IMG/VR virus record: IMGVR_UViG_3300027763_000037 | Location: 47,922 to 111,921 of that record | Source: a virus | DNA length: 64,000 nt | Reading direction: 5' to 3' (one strand) | Part shown: positions 48,334-58,490 of the stretch, in pieces | Layout: every line of letters begins with the position of its first letter | Position numbering within the stretch: the first letter of the stretch is position 1 | The notes under the pieces: generated by a model | What the model was told of the DNA's origin: nothing | The model's database searches: none | The model's input: only the letters and a program-made list of their open reading frames with translations | Program-made: the position numbers and the translations under genes

Positions 48334-48779
48334 TATACTCCTATCGGCTTCCATGCATTTGTTAATGAATCAAAAATATACATTGTTAGTGGAACTGAGT
48401 CTCTATCAACCCAAAGTGCTCCGTCTGTTACTGTATTTGATGCTGGTGGAGTATTTGTAAAAATTGCACTTGGAAAAACAACAGAATTGGAAGCAGATGA
48501 ATTTTTCTTCATCCAGACATATCCTTCTATTGGAGTTACTGGAGCATCATTTGTTACAGAAGATCCAATTCCTCTACTATTAATTGCTGATATATCGTTT
48601 TTCATCAATTGTAAATGATGAGCAATTGATTTTTCTTGAATTTCTGAAGTTGATGTTGGAGGGGTTGTTGTTCCATATAAAAAAAGCCTTAATGCTGCGA
48701 CAATATCTGCAGCGTCACCGTATTCTGGTATCTGAGTATTAAAAGGTCCGTTTAAGTTCGGATTTATATCTTGAGCCAT
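48333..48779 (-). CDS. Structural/fibre-like protein
   Basis: AP-x-x-P-x-x-G-x-x-W and DGALWVD fibre motifs; SD GAGGTGG. Confidence 0.55.
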   Translation of the reverse strand: MAQDINPNLNGPFNTQIPEYGDAADIVAALRLFLYGTTTPPTSTSEIQEKSIAHHLQLMKNDISAINSRGIGSSVTNDAPVTPIEGYVWMKKNSSASNSVVFPSAIFTNTPPASNTVTDGALWVDRDSVPLTMYIFDSLTNAWKPIGV

Positions 48780-48799
48780 TGTTAACCACCTCTAAAAAA

Positions 48800-49384
48800 T
48801 TATACCATACTAATAAAGAGATGAACAACTAAGTTTCCAGACAAATCTGACCAGATTCCAGACTGAAGGCTTGCGCCATTGACGGTTATTGGAAGTCCAC
48901 GGGATGTGCCATTGGTTACTATATCTCCTATTAGAATAGAACTTGCTATTGGATTTTGACTTCCAGAAATATTATGCATCACAGCAAAATCTGAAGACTG
49001 AACGGTAGTTATCATGTCTTCTGGGACTATATCTAGAAGGTTTACAATTATGTCAACTTTTCCAGCAACAAAAGTTCTTGATTCTGTTTCTGAATATTGA
49101 TTTGTTGTCATTTTAAAGATTTTTTCCCAAATTTCTTCATTCCCAGAATTACTTATTCTTTGATATAAAAATTGATAGTCTGGATCTGATGGGTTAACAT
49201 TTATACATAAATCAAAAATCTTAAATGTTTGATTTCCACCTATAGATACTATGTTTGGATCTCCAACAGAAGTAAAAATTCTACTTCCTCTTTCTCCGCT
49301 TGGACCAACATCTAGGTCTACGTCTATTGAGTCTGGTCCTCCAAGAACAGTAATGTCTTCTGTATCAACTAAAACATCTACCAT
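48800..49384 (-). CDS. Hypothetical structural protein
   Basis: GPSGERGS short collagen-like motif; operon context. Confidence 0.55.
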   Translation of the reverse strand: MVDVLVDTEDITVLGGPDSIDVDLDVGPSGERGSRIFTSVGDPNIVSIGGNQTFKIFDLCINVNPSDPDYQFLYQRISNSGNEEIWEKIFKMTTNQYSETESRTFVAGKVDIIVNLLDIVPEDMITTVQSSDFAVMHNISGSQNPIASSILIGDIVTNGTSRGLPITVNGASLQSGIWSDLSGNLVVHLFISMV

Positions 49385-49387
49385 TTA

Positions 49388-49798
49388 TCAAACTATCCAT
49401 TCTTGAGGAGTAACATCTTCAACTACTGTTATAATTCCAGTTAAAACTGTAATAACTTTATCATATGGTTGCAAATCAGAAACTCCCAAAGCAGGGTCTA
49501 CTATCTGAATATCATAAACATATTGAACAACAGAACTTAGTCTTTCACCATCTCCTGGACGAATTGCACATGTTAGATATGTGTTATCTGGAGATATAGA
49601 AACATATGCTTTAATTTGAGCACTTTCAACTGCTCCTCTAACTGGGGCAATTGTAAATTTTGGTCCTTTTAGTGCGGTTGGATCATGTTCAAATTGCTGA
49701 AGGTTATATGCTGTTCCATCAGACTTTTTTGGGTATACCCGAAATTCATAGGTATCACCTTTATAGTATGTAATGTTCATTGTGCCTGGGAATGCCAT
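49388..49798 (-). CDS. Ig-like/BppU-like structural protein, paralog B
   Basis: YKGDT...YDIQI...GIITVVEDVT. Confidence 0.6.
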   Translation of the reverse strand: MAFPGTMNITYYKGDTYEFRVYPKKSDGTAYNLQQFEHDPTALKGPKFTIAPVRGAVESAQIKAYVSISPDNTYLTCAIRPGDGERLSSVVQYVYDIQIVDPALGVSDLQPYDKVITVLTGIITVVEDVTPQEWIV

Positions 49799-49815
49799 GA
49801 TTTTATTATACCATG

Positions 49816-50541
49816 TTACCTGACTGAAACTGCTATACTTTTTAACAAGACTATGGCGTCCATATCGGTTCTAACTTGTGGACTGATACCAGAAATCTTG
49901 TCTGCATCTGAATTTAAAAATAGGTTTTGAGTGACAGAAAGTTCATAGGAATACTGATATTTTAAAGATGCTACAAAAGATATAACTTCAGACTTGCTTT
50001 CAGGAAAAAATGATCTAACCCATACTTCTGTATTTGAAGAATATGTAGTGATTTCAAAATCATAAGTTATTTGTAGTTGGGTGCCAAGTTCTAATCCTTT
50101 AAGATTAATTCTTTTTGTTTCTTTTCCATATAGACCCTGAGAATTTGATGGAAGATATTTTTCAACTGTTTCACGTGAAACATTTCCAAGAGTTAAGGAT
50201 ACCCATCCGTCTTCTCCCTGAGACGCTCCAGTTTTTGTTGGTATCAGGTTATCAGATACGTACTTTGCCCAACCTGCTGGCTGATTGTAGTTTGGTAAAG
50301 AACTTTTTCCATCCTGTCCTTTTTGTCCAGTATCTCCCTTTTGTCCTTTTTGTCCATCTTGTCCAGGTTCACCTTTAGGGCCTTGCTGTCCAGTTTCTCC
50401 TTGAAGACCTCTTGGTCCTTGAGGGCCTGGAACTGGAATATATCCAACAGAACTATCTGTAATTATACTTTGCTGGTTTTCAACTTGAGATGCGTATGCT
50501 GCCTTCTTGCTTATTGGAAAATCCATATTTTTAGAAACCAT
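49816..50541 (-). CDS. Collagen-like protein
   Basis: About 14 consecutive Gly-X-Y triplets (GPQGPRGLQGETGQQGPKGEP...); SD GGAGG. Confidence 0.85.
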   Translation of the reverse strand: MVSKNMDFPISKKAAYASQVENQQSIITDSSVGYIPVPGPQGPRGLQGETGQQGPKGEPGQDGQKGQKGDTGQKGQDGKSSLPNYNQPAGWAKYVSDNLIPTKTGASQGEDGWVSLTLGNVSRETVEKYLPSNSQGLYGKETKRINLKGLELGTQLQITYDFEITTYSSNTEVWVRSFFPESKSEVISFVASLKYQYSYELSVTQNLFLNSDADKISGISPQVRTDMDAIVLLKSIAVSVR

Positions 50542-50556
50542 AAACCCTCCAGTAAA

Positions 50557-50658
50557 TTATTTTTTAACTTTAAAAACTTTTACATTTCCATTTGTTGAAA
50601 CTTTTATTGCTGACGGCAATTGGATGGGAGTTATATGGGATACTTTTATAATTGGCAT
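50557..50658 (-). CDS. 33-aa basic microprotein
   Basis: Not in the ORF track. MPIIKVSHITPIQLPSAIKVSTNGNVKVFKVKK; the start overlaps the upstream stop and it fills the gap between genes. Confidence 0.5.
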   Translation of the reverse strand: MPIIKVSHITPIQLPSAIKVSTNGNVKVFKVKK

Positions 50659-51035
50659 TAGATGGTACCTGTAATATCGCCAATCACATTTATTGTTCCA
50701 ATAACTGGAGTCCAGACAGTATCGTCAATTTTAACTTGAAGATCAAAAATTAATTCAGAAACTATGCTTTTATAGGTTGTTCCCCAATAAGATGTTATAT
50801 CTGGAGAAGCGGTAACAACTACATATCCAGGATGTGAAGAAACTACTAAATCATCAATTATCTGAGTTTTTGGATCATAGGAACTTGCTTTAAAAATCCA
50901 GCCAGTAGTATCAAATAATGAGACTTCATCATTTTCTAAAAAGTCGATTCTTATAGTTGCAGTATCACCACGAACTACAGACCACTTGATATTTATCGGG
51001 TCATAGCCAAAAACTTCAGGTCCACAGATAGTCAT
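50658..51035 (-). CDS. Ig-like/BppU-like structural protein, paralog C
   Basis: VRGDT...FDLQV...GTINVIGDIT. Confidence 0.6.
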   Translation of the reverse strand: MTICGPEVFGYDPINIKWSVVRGDTATIRIDFLENDEVSLFDTTGWIFKASSYDPKTQIIDDLVVSSHPGYVVVTASPDITSYWGTTYKSIVSELIFDLQVKIDDTVWTPVIGTINVIGDITGTI

Positions 51036-51303
51036 AATACTAGATTATACCATGAAAAATGACTAATACCATGATCGGTGGGTATAGGACAAACCATGGT
51101 ATTAGACTATAAAATTGTACCACAAAAAGGGACAATATAGACATGATATTAAAGTTTACCAAACTGTTATAATTGGATATGTCCGTTTTATTACCATAAG
51201 TCTTTTATGCCAGGATTGCGATAGTGTATACTTAAATATATATAAGAGAAAAGAACTATCTTTATAGTTTTAAAAGATATCTTTATATATAGTATATAGC
51301 AAA

Positions 51304-51570
51304 TTATTTATTGTTAGCAGCAATGTGCTTAATTAAAATTTCATACATTTCGTCGAGTTTCTTTTCCTGGCGATCTCTAGATTTAATAGAGTCAATTCTT
51401 TGGTCATCAACGGCGGTTTCTAATCTCGAAATTTGATCTTTCATCGATGATCCAGAATTCGGCTTAAGTTCGCTGAGATAATGTTTTACCATCCACTTGA
51501 TTGCGAAGGCGATTGATGATACAATTGTAAGTATCGCTACGATTAAGGAAGCCCAGTCTTGCACAGTCAT
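51304..51570 (-). CDS. Single-TM membrane protein with coiled coil (holin-like)
   Basis: TM segment WASLIVAILTIVSSIAFAI followed by ELKPNSGSSMKD; start revised to ATG 51570. Confidence 0.55.
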   Translation of the reverse strand: MTVQDWASLIVAILTIVSSIAFAIKWMVKHYLSELKPNSGSSMKDQISRLETAVDDQRIDSIKSRDRQEKKLDEMYEILIKHIAANNK

Positions 51571-51599
51571 AACATTATTATAAAGGACGTTTATACTAA

Positions 51600-52370
51600 A
51601 TGAAAACACAGATACTTAATACACTGGAGCATTCTAAGAATTTAATTATATCCCCTGACATGGATGGTTTTATGTCCGCAAAATTATTAGAGCGTTTTAA
51701 CGGTTCAAAAATAGTGGGTTCGTACGATAAAAATCTTTTATGTCTCGCCGACGGGATCTCCCCAGAGGAATGCTTATTTGTAGACTGTGACATGAATCGA
51801 GAAGGTTTTGTTTCACTCGGAAATCATATGCGCTTGATAGAGGATGCTATGTCTTCTAAGTCGTTCAATCCGAATGTACACTTCGGCGTCACGACATATA
51901 GCGACAAGTTTCCTTACGCAACTGCGTTTTTAATTTCGTTCGCAACAGAGGTTCAAACCTCCGAATCTGACCTTATACGCATGGCCTTTGCTGATTCAAC
52001 TCTACGCAATATGGAAAAGTACAGCAATAACATGCGAAACTGGTCAACACGGATGGAACATCCTGCAACAAAGTACATAACAGACAATTCGGACATTGCA
52101 CGGGATAACGATAAGCAAGCAAGATTTGAATATGTTGATCAATCATTTACATCTAAGAGATACGGTAAGGAACGTTATCTCAATACCCTTAATACGGCCC
52201 TAGAAGCCCAAGAGATGAGTTTTGAGCCATTAGTCCAGGGTGTTAAGTATATGGCTGACAAAGTAGGCCGAAACACCTTGGTAAGGTATCAAAAAGATAT
52301 AATCTCATATGCTGAAATATTTACAGATGAATATAGCGTGACATATGACCAGGAAATAGAGTGGAAATAA
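51600..52370 (+). CDS. Divergent DHH-superfamily phosphoesterase-like protein
   Basis: SPDMDGFMSA (D-x-D-G), FVDCD, GNH in place of DHH, and ADS motifs. Confidence 0.5.
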   Translation: MKTQILNTLEHSKNLIISPDMDGFMSAKLLERFNGSKIVGSYDKNLLCLADGISPEECLFVDCDMNREGFVSLGNHMRLIEDAMSSKSFNPNVHFGVTTYSDKFPYATAFLISFATEVQTSESDLIRMAFADSTLRNMEKYSNNMRNWSTRMEHPATKYITDNSDIARDNDKQARFEYVDQSFTSKRYGKERYLNTLNTALEAQEMSFEPLVQGVKYMADKVGRNTLVRYQKDIISYAEIFTDEYSVTYDQEIEWK

Positions 52371-52452
52371 GGTTTGACGGATATTTGCCAATACGCTATA
52401 ATAGTTATACAACCGTTTTCGGTTTAACATGTTAACACCAGAGGAGAATACA

Positions 52453-52638
52453 ATGAAGGATACAGCAGTAGAAATTATGTCTGAAACTGTTGAACAGTTT
52501 AATAGACAAATGGCAGCACAGCAAAATATGGATCCCGCCGAAATTGAAAAAATCATTAACGAGCAGTCTTATCAACTTCGTTATATGAATGGCATTATTT
52601 ACGATGCATTAAAAGATAACGGTCATATTACAGAATAA
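52453..52638 (+). CDS. Hypothetical protein
   Basis: SD GAGGAG before ATG 52453; stop coupled to the HIT gene. Confidence 0.6.
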   Translation: MKDTAVEIMSETVEQFNRQMAAQQNMDPAEIEKIINEQSYQLRYMNGIIYDALKDNGHITE

Positions 52639-53144
52639 TGACTGATGCCAAAAGTGGAGAAGACTTTTGTTTTCTATGCCCCGAAAATTCTAAAGAATAT
52701 AAAATTTGGAACCACGTAGGGGTCACTTTTGGACAAAATGATACCAGATATCTATCTGTGTATATAGATCATGATTTTAAAGAATATCAAACCTTAAACC
52801 TTGACAATGAACATAATCCCATATACCAAAATGAAAAATACTTTGTGCATGAAGAGTTGTTTCCAAATACACCTTTTGAATTAGTTTTTATTCCAAATAA
52901 ACATTATCGACAAACCAACGATATGTTAAATAGCCAAGAAGGACTTAGTACCTTTGCAGATATAGTTCAAACCATAAATGACCTTAGAGTGTACTTGGAT
53001 ATAGATGAGATATCTATTCATTTTAATGATCGATCCCCGAATTTTATTGGACTTATGGAGCATCCTCATATTCATATAGCCACTCATAGCAAATCTGAAA
53101 ATTTATATCAGAGAGCGAGAGACTTTTTTAATGAAAAACCATGA
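52638..53144 (+). CDS. HIT-family nucleotide hydrolase
   Basis: N-terminal CFLC, VFIPNKH and histidine triad HPHIHI. Confidence 0.75.
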   Translation: MTDAKSGEDFCFLCPENSKEYKIWNHVGVTFGQNDTRYLSVYIDHDFKEYQTLNLDNEHNPIYQNEKYFVHEELFPNTPFELVFIPNKHYRQTNDMLNSQEGLSTFADIVQTINDLRVYLDIDEISIHFNDRSPNFIGLMEHPHIHIATHSKSENLYQRARDFFNEKP

Positions 53145-53304
53145 AAATAAAGAATGGTTAGAGATCCAATATGTAGACCAGGAAAAGTCTATTGATACAT
53201 TAGCCAAGATGTGTAATGTGGATAGAAAAGTTATTATAAATGCTTTAAATAACTTTCAGATCTATAGAAAGTATAATACGGACAAACATCCTAAGCGTTG
53301 GTAG
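53131..53304 (+). CDS. Small HTH DNA-binding protein (57 aa)
   Basis: Not in the ORF track. MKNHENKEWLEIQYVDQEKSIDTLAKMCNVDRKVIINALNNFQI... has a typical HTH pattern. Confidence 0.6.
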   Translation: MKNHENKEWLEIQYVDQEKSIDTLAKMCNVDRKVIINALNNFQIYRKYNTDKHPKRW

Positions 53305-53497
53305 GTCTTCCTAAGTCTTCCCAGAAAATTTCTCTACCCATGTTATCTGTTACTGGCATAGACTTTGATTCACATTCTGAACAAACAGTTTCTGAAAATA
53401 TTTTTACAGCAAGACTATCCATTTCTGGCTTATATAGTGAACTTTCAAAATTAAATTCATCATCCCAGGCATTTTCTAAATTATCTAAAATTCCCAT
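53291..53497 (-). CDS. Hypothetical acidic protein
   Basis: ORF preceded by TGGTAAAAT, an extended -10-like element. Confidence 0.5.
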   Translation of the reverse strand: MGILDNLENAWDDEFNFESSLYKPEMDSLAVKIFSETVCSECESKSMPVTDNMGREIFWEDLGRPTNA

Positions 53498-53565
53498 AGT
53501 TCATTTTACCATAAATCTGAAAATATTGTTCAGATGTATGATACGTGTTTATAAAAATAAAATGA

Positions 53566-53598
53566 CAAAAAAATAGTGCGCCCATAATAGACGCACTA
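53566..53598 (-). terminator. Intrinsic terminator for the leftward small-gene operon
   Basis: TAGTGCG...CGCACTA stem followed by a T-tract on the minus strand. Confidence 0.6.
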
Positions 53599-53613
53599 AG
53601 ATTTATTTACTTG

Positions 53614-53802
53614 TCAAACTTTTTTAGCCTTACCTTGTATCCAACCTGAGTGGATACCAGCAAGTGGTGCGTCTATGTTGATAGCCGTACCTATTGGTAG
53701 CACTTCCGCATAGCGGTCAATGAAGGATAGTACATTCTCCTTGTTAGGAAATTGCATCTTCTTAGTAGTACCTGTAACGCTTGTTAGTGTTGCTGTTATC
53801 AT
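53614..53802 (-). CDS. Hypothetical protein, paralog of 54405-54581
   Basis: MITATLTSVTGTTKKMQF versus MITLTLTSYNGNTKKMPF. Confidence 0.65.
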   Translation of the reverse strand: MITATLTSVTGTTKKMQFPNKENVLSFIDRYAEVLPIGTAINIDAPLAGIHSGWIQGKAKKV

Positions 53803-53925
53803 TTAATTACCCCCAAATATAAAGCATAGCGCTATTGCTATACCTACGCCAATAAAGGCTCCTATTGGTGCGCCGAAGTCACCATTCTCGTCTATCCAAT
53901 CGATTACTGCTGTAAATGGGTTCAT
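53803..53925 (-). CDS. 40-aa membrane microprotein
   Basis: MNPFTAVIDWIDENGDFGAPIGAFIGVGIAIALCFIFGGN; SD AAAGGA; downstream of a TGTCAG-N10-TATACT promoter. Confidence 0.55.
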   Translation of the reverse strand: MNPFTAVIDWIDENGDFGAPIGAFIGVGIAIALCFIFGGN

Positions 53926-53955
53926 TTTCTGTCCTTTGTTAGTTTGTATAATGGA

Positions 53956-54165
53956 AGTATAGCAGGATAGACTGACAAAAGCAACTCGACACGCCGTATA
54001 TAGAGCCTATGTCTATGTGATATACACCACATCGATCCCCTAGAAAAAAGTTATCCACAGGGTGATGTGTATAAGTAATGTGATGTACCTCATATGTGAC
54101 TAATCTCACAATGTCCGATTTACACCATTTATACCCCTCAAAATGTCAGACCCCCCTGCTACAAT
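53956..54165. promoter_or_regulatory. Divergent promoter region with CRP boxes, DnaA boxes and CGACACGC
   Basis: Minus-strand promoter 53977-53956; plus-strand promoter 54144-54165; TTATCCACA at 54051; TGTGTATAA at 54066; TGTGA-N6-TCACA at 54095. Confidence 0.75.
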
Positions 54166-54222
54166 TACAGTATAAAGAAAAACAAGCGGTAAAGAAATCC
54201 GCTAAAGAAAGGTGGTCATAAA

Positions 54223-55240
54223 ATGACTACATTAGAAAAAATGACAGTATGCGTTGAGCATAACCCTATGAAATCCGCTATCTCTGAGGTAATGGATACA
54301 CAATACACTTTCTGCCAAGATTGTGAAAATAACATTGAGCGTTGGTATAACGATACCGACCCTGAGCGTCTGCCTATGTGGACAGATTGGAAGGTGTCTA
54401 AGTAATGATTACTCTTACACTTACATCTTACAATGGCAACACTAAAAAAATGCCTTTCGTTACCGAAAAAAAATTGCGTGAGTTTATTTCTGCGCTACCT
54501 TTACAATTAAATAAATCAACAACTCTAAAAGTAGAGTGCGACCTGTTAGCAATTAACGGAATTATTAGAGGAGAAAAATAAATGAGTATTTGGACTAAGT
54601 TTGCTACTGTAAACGACTACCCTACGGGCTTAATGAACTTATGCCCTTGCGGTCAAGTGGTATTAGCACCCGCTAAGTATCACGAAGGATTTGCTTGGTG
54701 GGATAATCCTAACAAGTGTAAAGAATTATTTGAGGGAGTAACTAAATGAGTACCTATGTACCTATCAAGTCAGTATGCGGTGCGGTTAGCACTACCATTG
54801 ACATCTATGACTATGACCTAAACCCTAATGGGGTTGTGTGTTGTGATAATTGCGAAAGCATACTGTTATGCCGTAAGGCTTGGGATTTCTTGTATAAGGT
54901 AGGCAAGTAATGATAAAAGATGAATTGCGTGATGAAGCAGTTAAATTAGCAAAAGAAAAATACGGTAATAACTGGTTAGCGGGTCTATGGGGTTGCGCTG
55001 GTGTATTGCTAACAGAAAAAGATTTTAAAGTTATAATTAGTGTAATGGAGAAATAAAAATGAAAACACTTCAAGAAAAATTAGATGAAAGCGCATTAGCG
55101 TTAGAGCCAATACTTTGGGAATTACTAAATGAAATTGAGGAAAATAAATGAGTAACTTTTTTGTAAGTGGCAACGCATTGTTTTGGTTTTCTTTTATTTG
55201 TTTATTCTATGGATCTTATTTATTCGTGAAAGGCGAATAA
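54223..55240 (+). CDS. Operon of seven coupled small early genes (54223-54405, 54405-54581, 54582-54749, 54746-54910, 54910-55056, 55059-55148, 55148-55240)
   Basis: TAATG/ATGA overlaps and SD motifs; several are Cys-rich and the last is a TM peptide. Most are below the ORF-track cutoff. Confidence 0.6.
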
Positions 55241-55258
55241 AAAAATCCTAGCAAAAAG

Positions 55259-55471
55259 TTATCCACAGGGGTGTGTATAACCAATGTGAGATTAATCACA
55301 TACGACACGCCGTGTTTAGATTTGACTTTTTGACATTTCTTTGCTATACTTACATAGTAAGAACAATTAAATAAAGACATTAGCCAATGAGCCTAAGCAA
55401 ATAAGTGTGAGATAAATCACAATGCGCCTTAGCAAATAAGTGGCAAAAATGTCAGCCCCCCCTGATAAGAT
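55259..55471 (+). promoter_or_regulatory. Tandem promoters with DnaA boxes, two CRP boxes and a 22-nt direct repeat
   Basis: TTGACT-N17-TATACT (55322-55350); TGTCAG-N10-TAAGAT (55450-55471); AATGMGCCTWAGCAAATAAGTG at 55386 and 55421. Confidence 0.75.
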
Positions 55472-55500
55472 AGTCTTATCACTTAAAGAAAGGTCAAATA

Positions 55501-56473
55501 ATGACACTTGATGAATACAAGCAAATGGTAGAGGCTCAACGCCTTGCCTCATTAGGTAAAGGCTTAGAAGCCCTAATGAAATCAAAAGCAATACAAGACA
55601 AAATGAAAGAAGGAAAATAATGTCAGCAAATGTTTACACAATCGAAAACCTACTTGTAGGAAAAACTTATCACTCAAAAACTTTGACAGGTGAAATCGTA
55701 TCTGCTCAAATCCACCCTAAAGCGGTTTGGTATGAAGGCGCAGAGGCTTATCTTGTAGAAGTACGCAAGCCTTATGGCGGTTATACTTATCGCACTCTTG
55801 CCGTAAAGGTTGGTGACTAAATGATAAACTCAGTTATGTCGATACCCTGCGAGGAATGCCACTCAACAGGTTTAATCTTTTTTGGCGATAATGATAATTT
55901 CGATGTCGAAACTTGCGTATGCGATTTCGGTATGGAACAAGACTTAAACTTATTTAACACCCCCGAAGTAAACTAAAGAATAGGAAATAAAATAAATGAC
56001 TAAAGTAGAACACACACTAAAGTTCGTAACCGAATTTGATGAAACTCATCCAATTGCGATGGAAGCACTTGCTATCCCTCACTCAGAATTAATTGCTATG
56101 CTTGAAAGAATGCTAAAAGATTTACTTGTGCCTGCTATTATACCTGTACTTGATGAAATCAATGCTAACGGGTCCTACGCAATTCTAAAGGTGGCCGAAT
56201 AATGAGCGACTATTTAGACTACATTGATGAAATCTATGAAGAATTAGTAGATGAATTTGGACACGAATCAGAAAGCGAGTGTACTCACAAATGATGACAC
56301 GAAAAGACTATATCGCAACTGCTGATATTCTTAGCAATTATTCTTTTGGTATGGACTCTTTACTATTTGCAAATATCGTAAATGATTTTGTTGATATGTT
56401 TGAAAAAGATAACGAAAGATTTAATGCTGATAAATTTATTGAAGCATCAATGACAATTGGTGGCAACGATTAA
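55501..56473 (+). CDS. Operon of six small early genes (55501-55620, 55620-55820, 55821-55976, 55996-56202, 56202-56294, 56291-56473)
   Basis: Coupled start/stop codons and SD motifs; functions unknown. Confidence 0.6.
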
Positions 56474-56483
56474 ATAAAATAAA

Positions 56484-56510
56484 ATCCTGAGCAAGATCTA
56501 AAACTGCTCA
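56484..56510 (+). ncRNA. Compact H-type pseudoknot motif, copy 1
   Basis: ATC-CTGAGCAA-GAT-CTAAAAC-TGCTCA. Confidence 0.7.
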
Positions 56511-56705
56511 AAGATTTTCCTAGCGTGTCGTCCACAGGTTATCCACAAGTCATTTAAGAAGTTATTTACGACACGCCCGAAATTTTGTGAATTTTATCAC
56601 ATAGATTGAGCGTCTTACTATTTGGAATTACTCAGCAGTAGGTAGATAAATGTCAGCCCAAAATGATAGGATTACATAGTAATAAGATAAAGAAAGAAGG
56701 CAGAA

Positions 56706-58377
56706 ATGACCGCAGAAACAATAGACCAAAATGAGTTTTATTTTATCAAAGATGAAATGAGATTTTGTTGTGATGAGTCACAATTTAAGTATGTCTGTAA
56801 AGCCCACGGCGAGGCTATGGGTTGCTACTACCACGAGTTTGATTACACAGAGGATTGCGAGGAACAACACTAATGGGATACATTGAGATTTTTAGAATTG
56901 ACAACGAAGGCGCAGGTTGGATAGACTTGGAGCAAGCAACACCAGATGAGTTATTTAACTTAGAGGTTGGATTGCTTAATGAAGGCGCACTATTTACCAC
57001 TAAGGAGAACGACTAATGGAATACCTATACGCAGTAACAGTATCGTATGATAGCAAGCCCGTACATTGGACAGGGCGTTACTCAGACGCACTATCCGCAG
57101 TTAATACTTTTAATACTTTTGAGGATTGGGGATTTGCTGATGAGTACGCAACAGTTAATCTTTCAGAGCCTTCAGGTAAATTACACACTAAGACTTTCTA
57201 TCGTGAAGGCAGAAGGGTTGTGACTAAGTAATGCCATTATACGAATTTACTACTTTCATAACTATCGAGGCAGACAACGAAGAAGATGCCGTCCGTTGGT
57301 TTGACTATAAAACCGAAGATTTAGAAACCTATGTCGCAGAAATTGAGGAGAAATAATAATGGGAAGCGTAACAGCAATTGGATTAGCAGATAGCGTATTA
57401 GATTTAGAAACGCAGTTAGCCTATCACTTACAAGGTAATCACTACCCACCCGTACCACTTTCTATGGTACAACCTTGTATTGATGCTATTGACGCATACT
57501 ATGATGAGGACTATGACCGATTTATTGCTATGCCCGAAGGCGTATTCTATAAGGGTATGAGTCACGCACCTGCCCACGCTATTGTAGATCAACACCACCT
57601 ATCTTGGTTCATTGACCCAGTAGATGAATACGAGGATAACGAATAATGTCTAAGGGCTATAAAGTAAGCATGTATCATGAGTTTTATCTTGAAACTACCG
57701 ACATTGAAGAGGTAATGAAAAATTACCAATTCCCTGATTTTTGCGACTGCGAGTCTATCATTGGCGAGCCTGAATTTCTAATCAACAGTAACTCATGGGT
57801 AGAAATGTCAGACTCAGAATTAGATGCGGAGTTCGCATGATGACAATAAATAAATGCCCTTGTGATGAACACGACTGCCTTAATCAAGATGACTACACGA
57901 AGGACGGGGACACTTGCGAAGAGTGTTTTATGGATTGCGTAGAAATAGATGAGGATGAGTAAATGCCGTCTAAAGCACCAACCGCACTTTCTTCAAAACA
58001 CTTAGGTCAAAGTAGGTATCAAGGACAAAGTAAAATGTCAGAACTTAAAATGCTTTACTCAAAAGGCAATGGCTATGAAGGTCGCTATGACTTTCCAGTA
58101 ACAGTAACGAAAATTGAAGATAAGGATAATAATGCCTGATACAATGAAAACTATGAAATTGATCCACGCAGATAACTTAACACCAGACCAAGTAATGCTT
58201 GGTGATTTAATTAAAGTTGATGAGGACATTGTTGAAGTAATTTTTATTGAAAGTGATTCTACTGGAGATAACTATGACATACAAACTCAAAACGAATTTG
58301 GTGAAAAAGAAGTTAATCAGTATAGTTACACTGATACAATTCCTCTCTATGTTTTTGTAGATGAGCATGACGAGTAA
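56706..58377 (+). CDS. Operon of small early genes (including 56706-56873, 56873-57016, 57016-57231, 57231-57356, 57359-57646, 57646-57840, 58132-58377)
   Basis: Coupled ORFs with SD motifs; 57359-57646 carries LQGNHYPPVP; followed by a hairpin at 58386-58413. Confidence 0.6.
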
Positions 58378-58490
58378 TAAGAATTAATTTTGTGTGCTTC
58401 CCCGCACAAAATTTTCCTAGCGTGTCGATGTGAGATTGATCACAGATTTAAGATTTGACATTTTAAGACGATGTATGCTAAGATTAGTTT

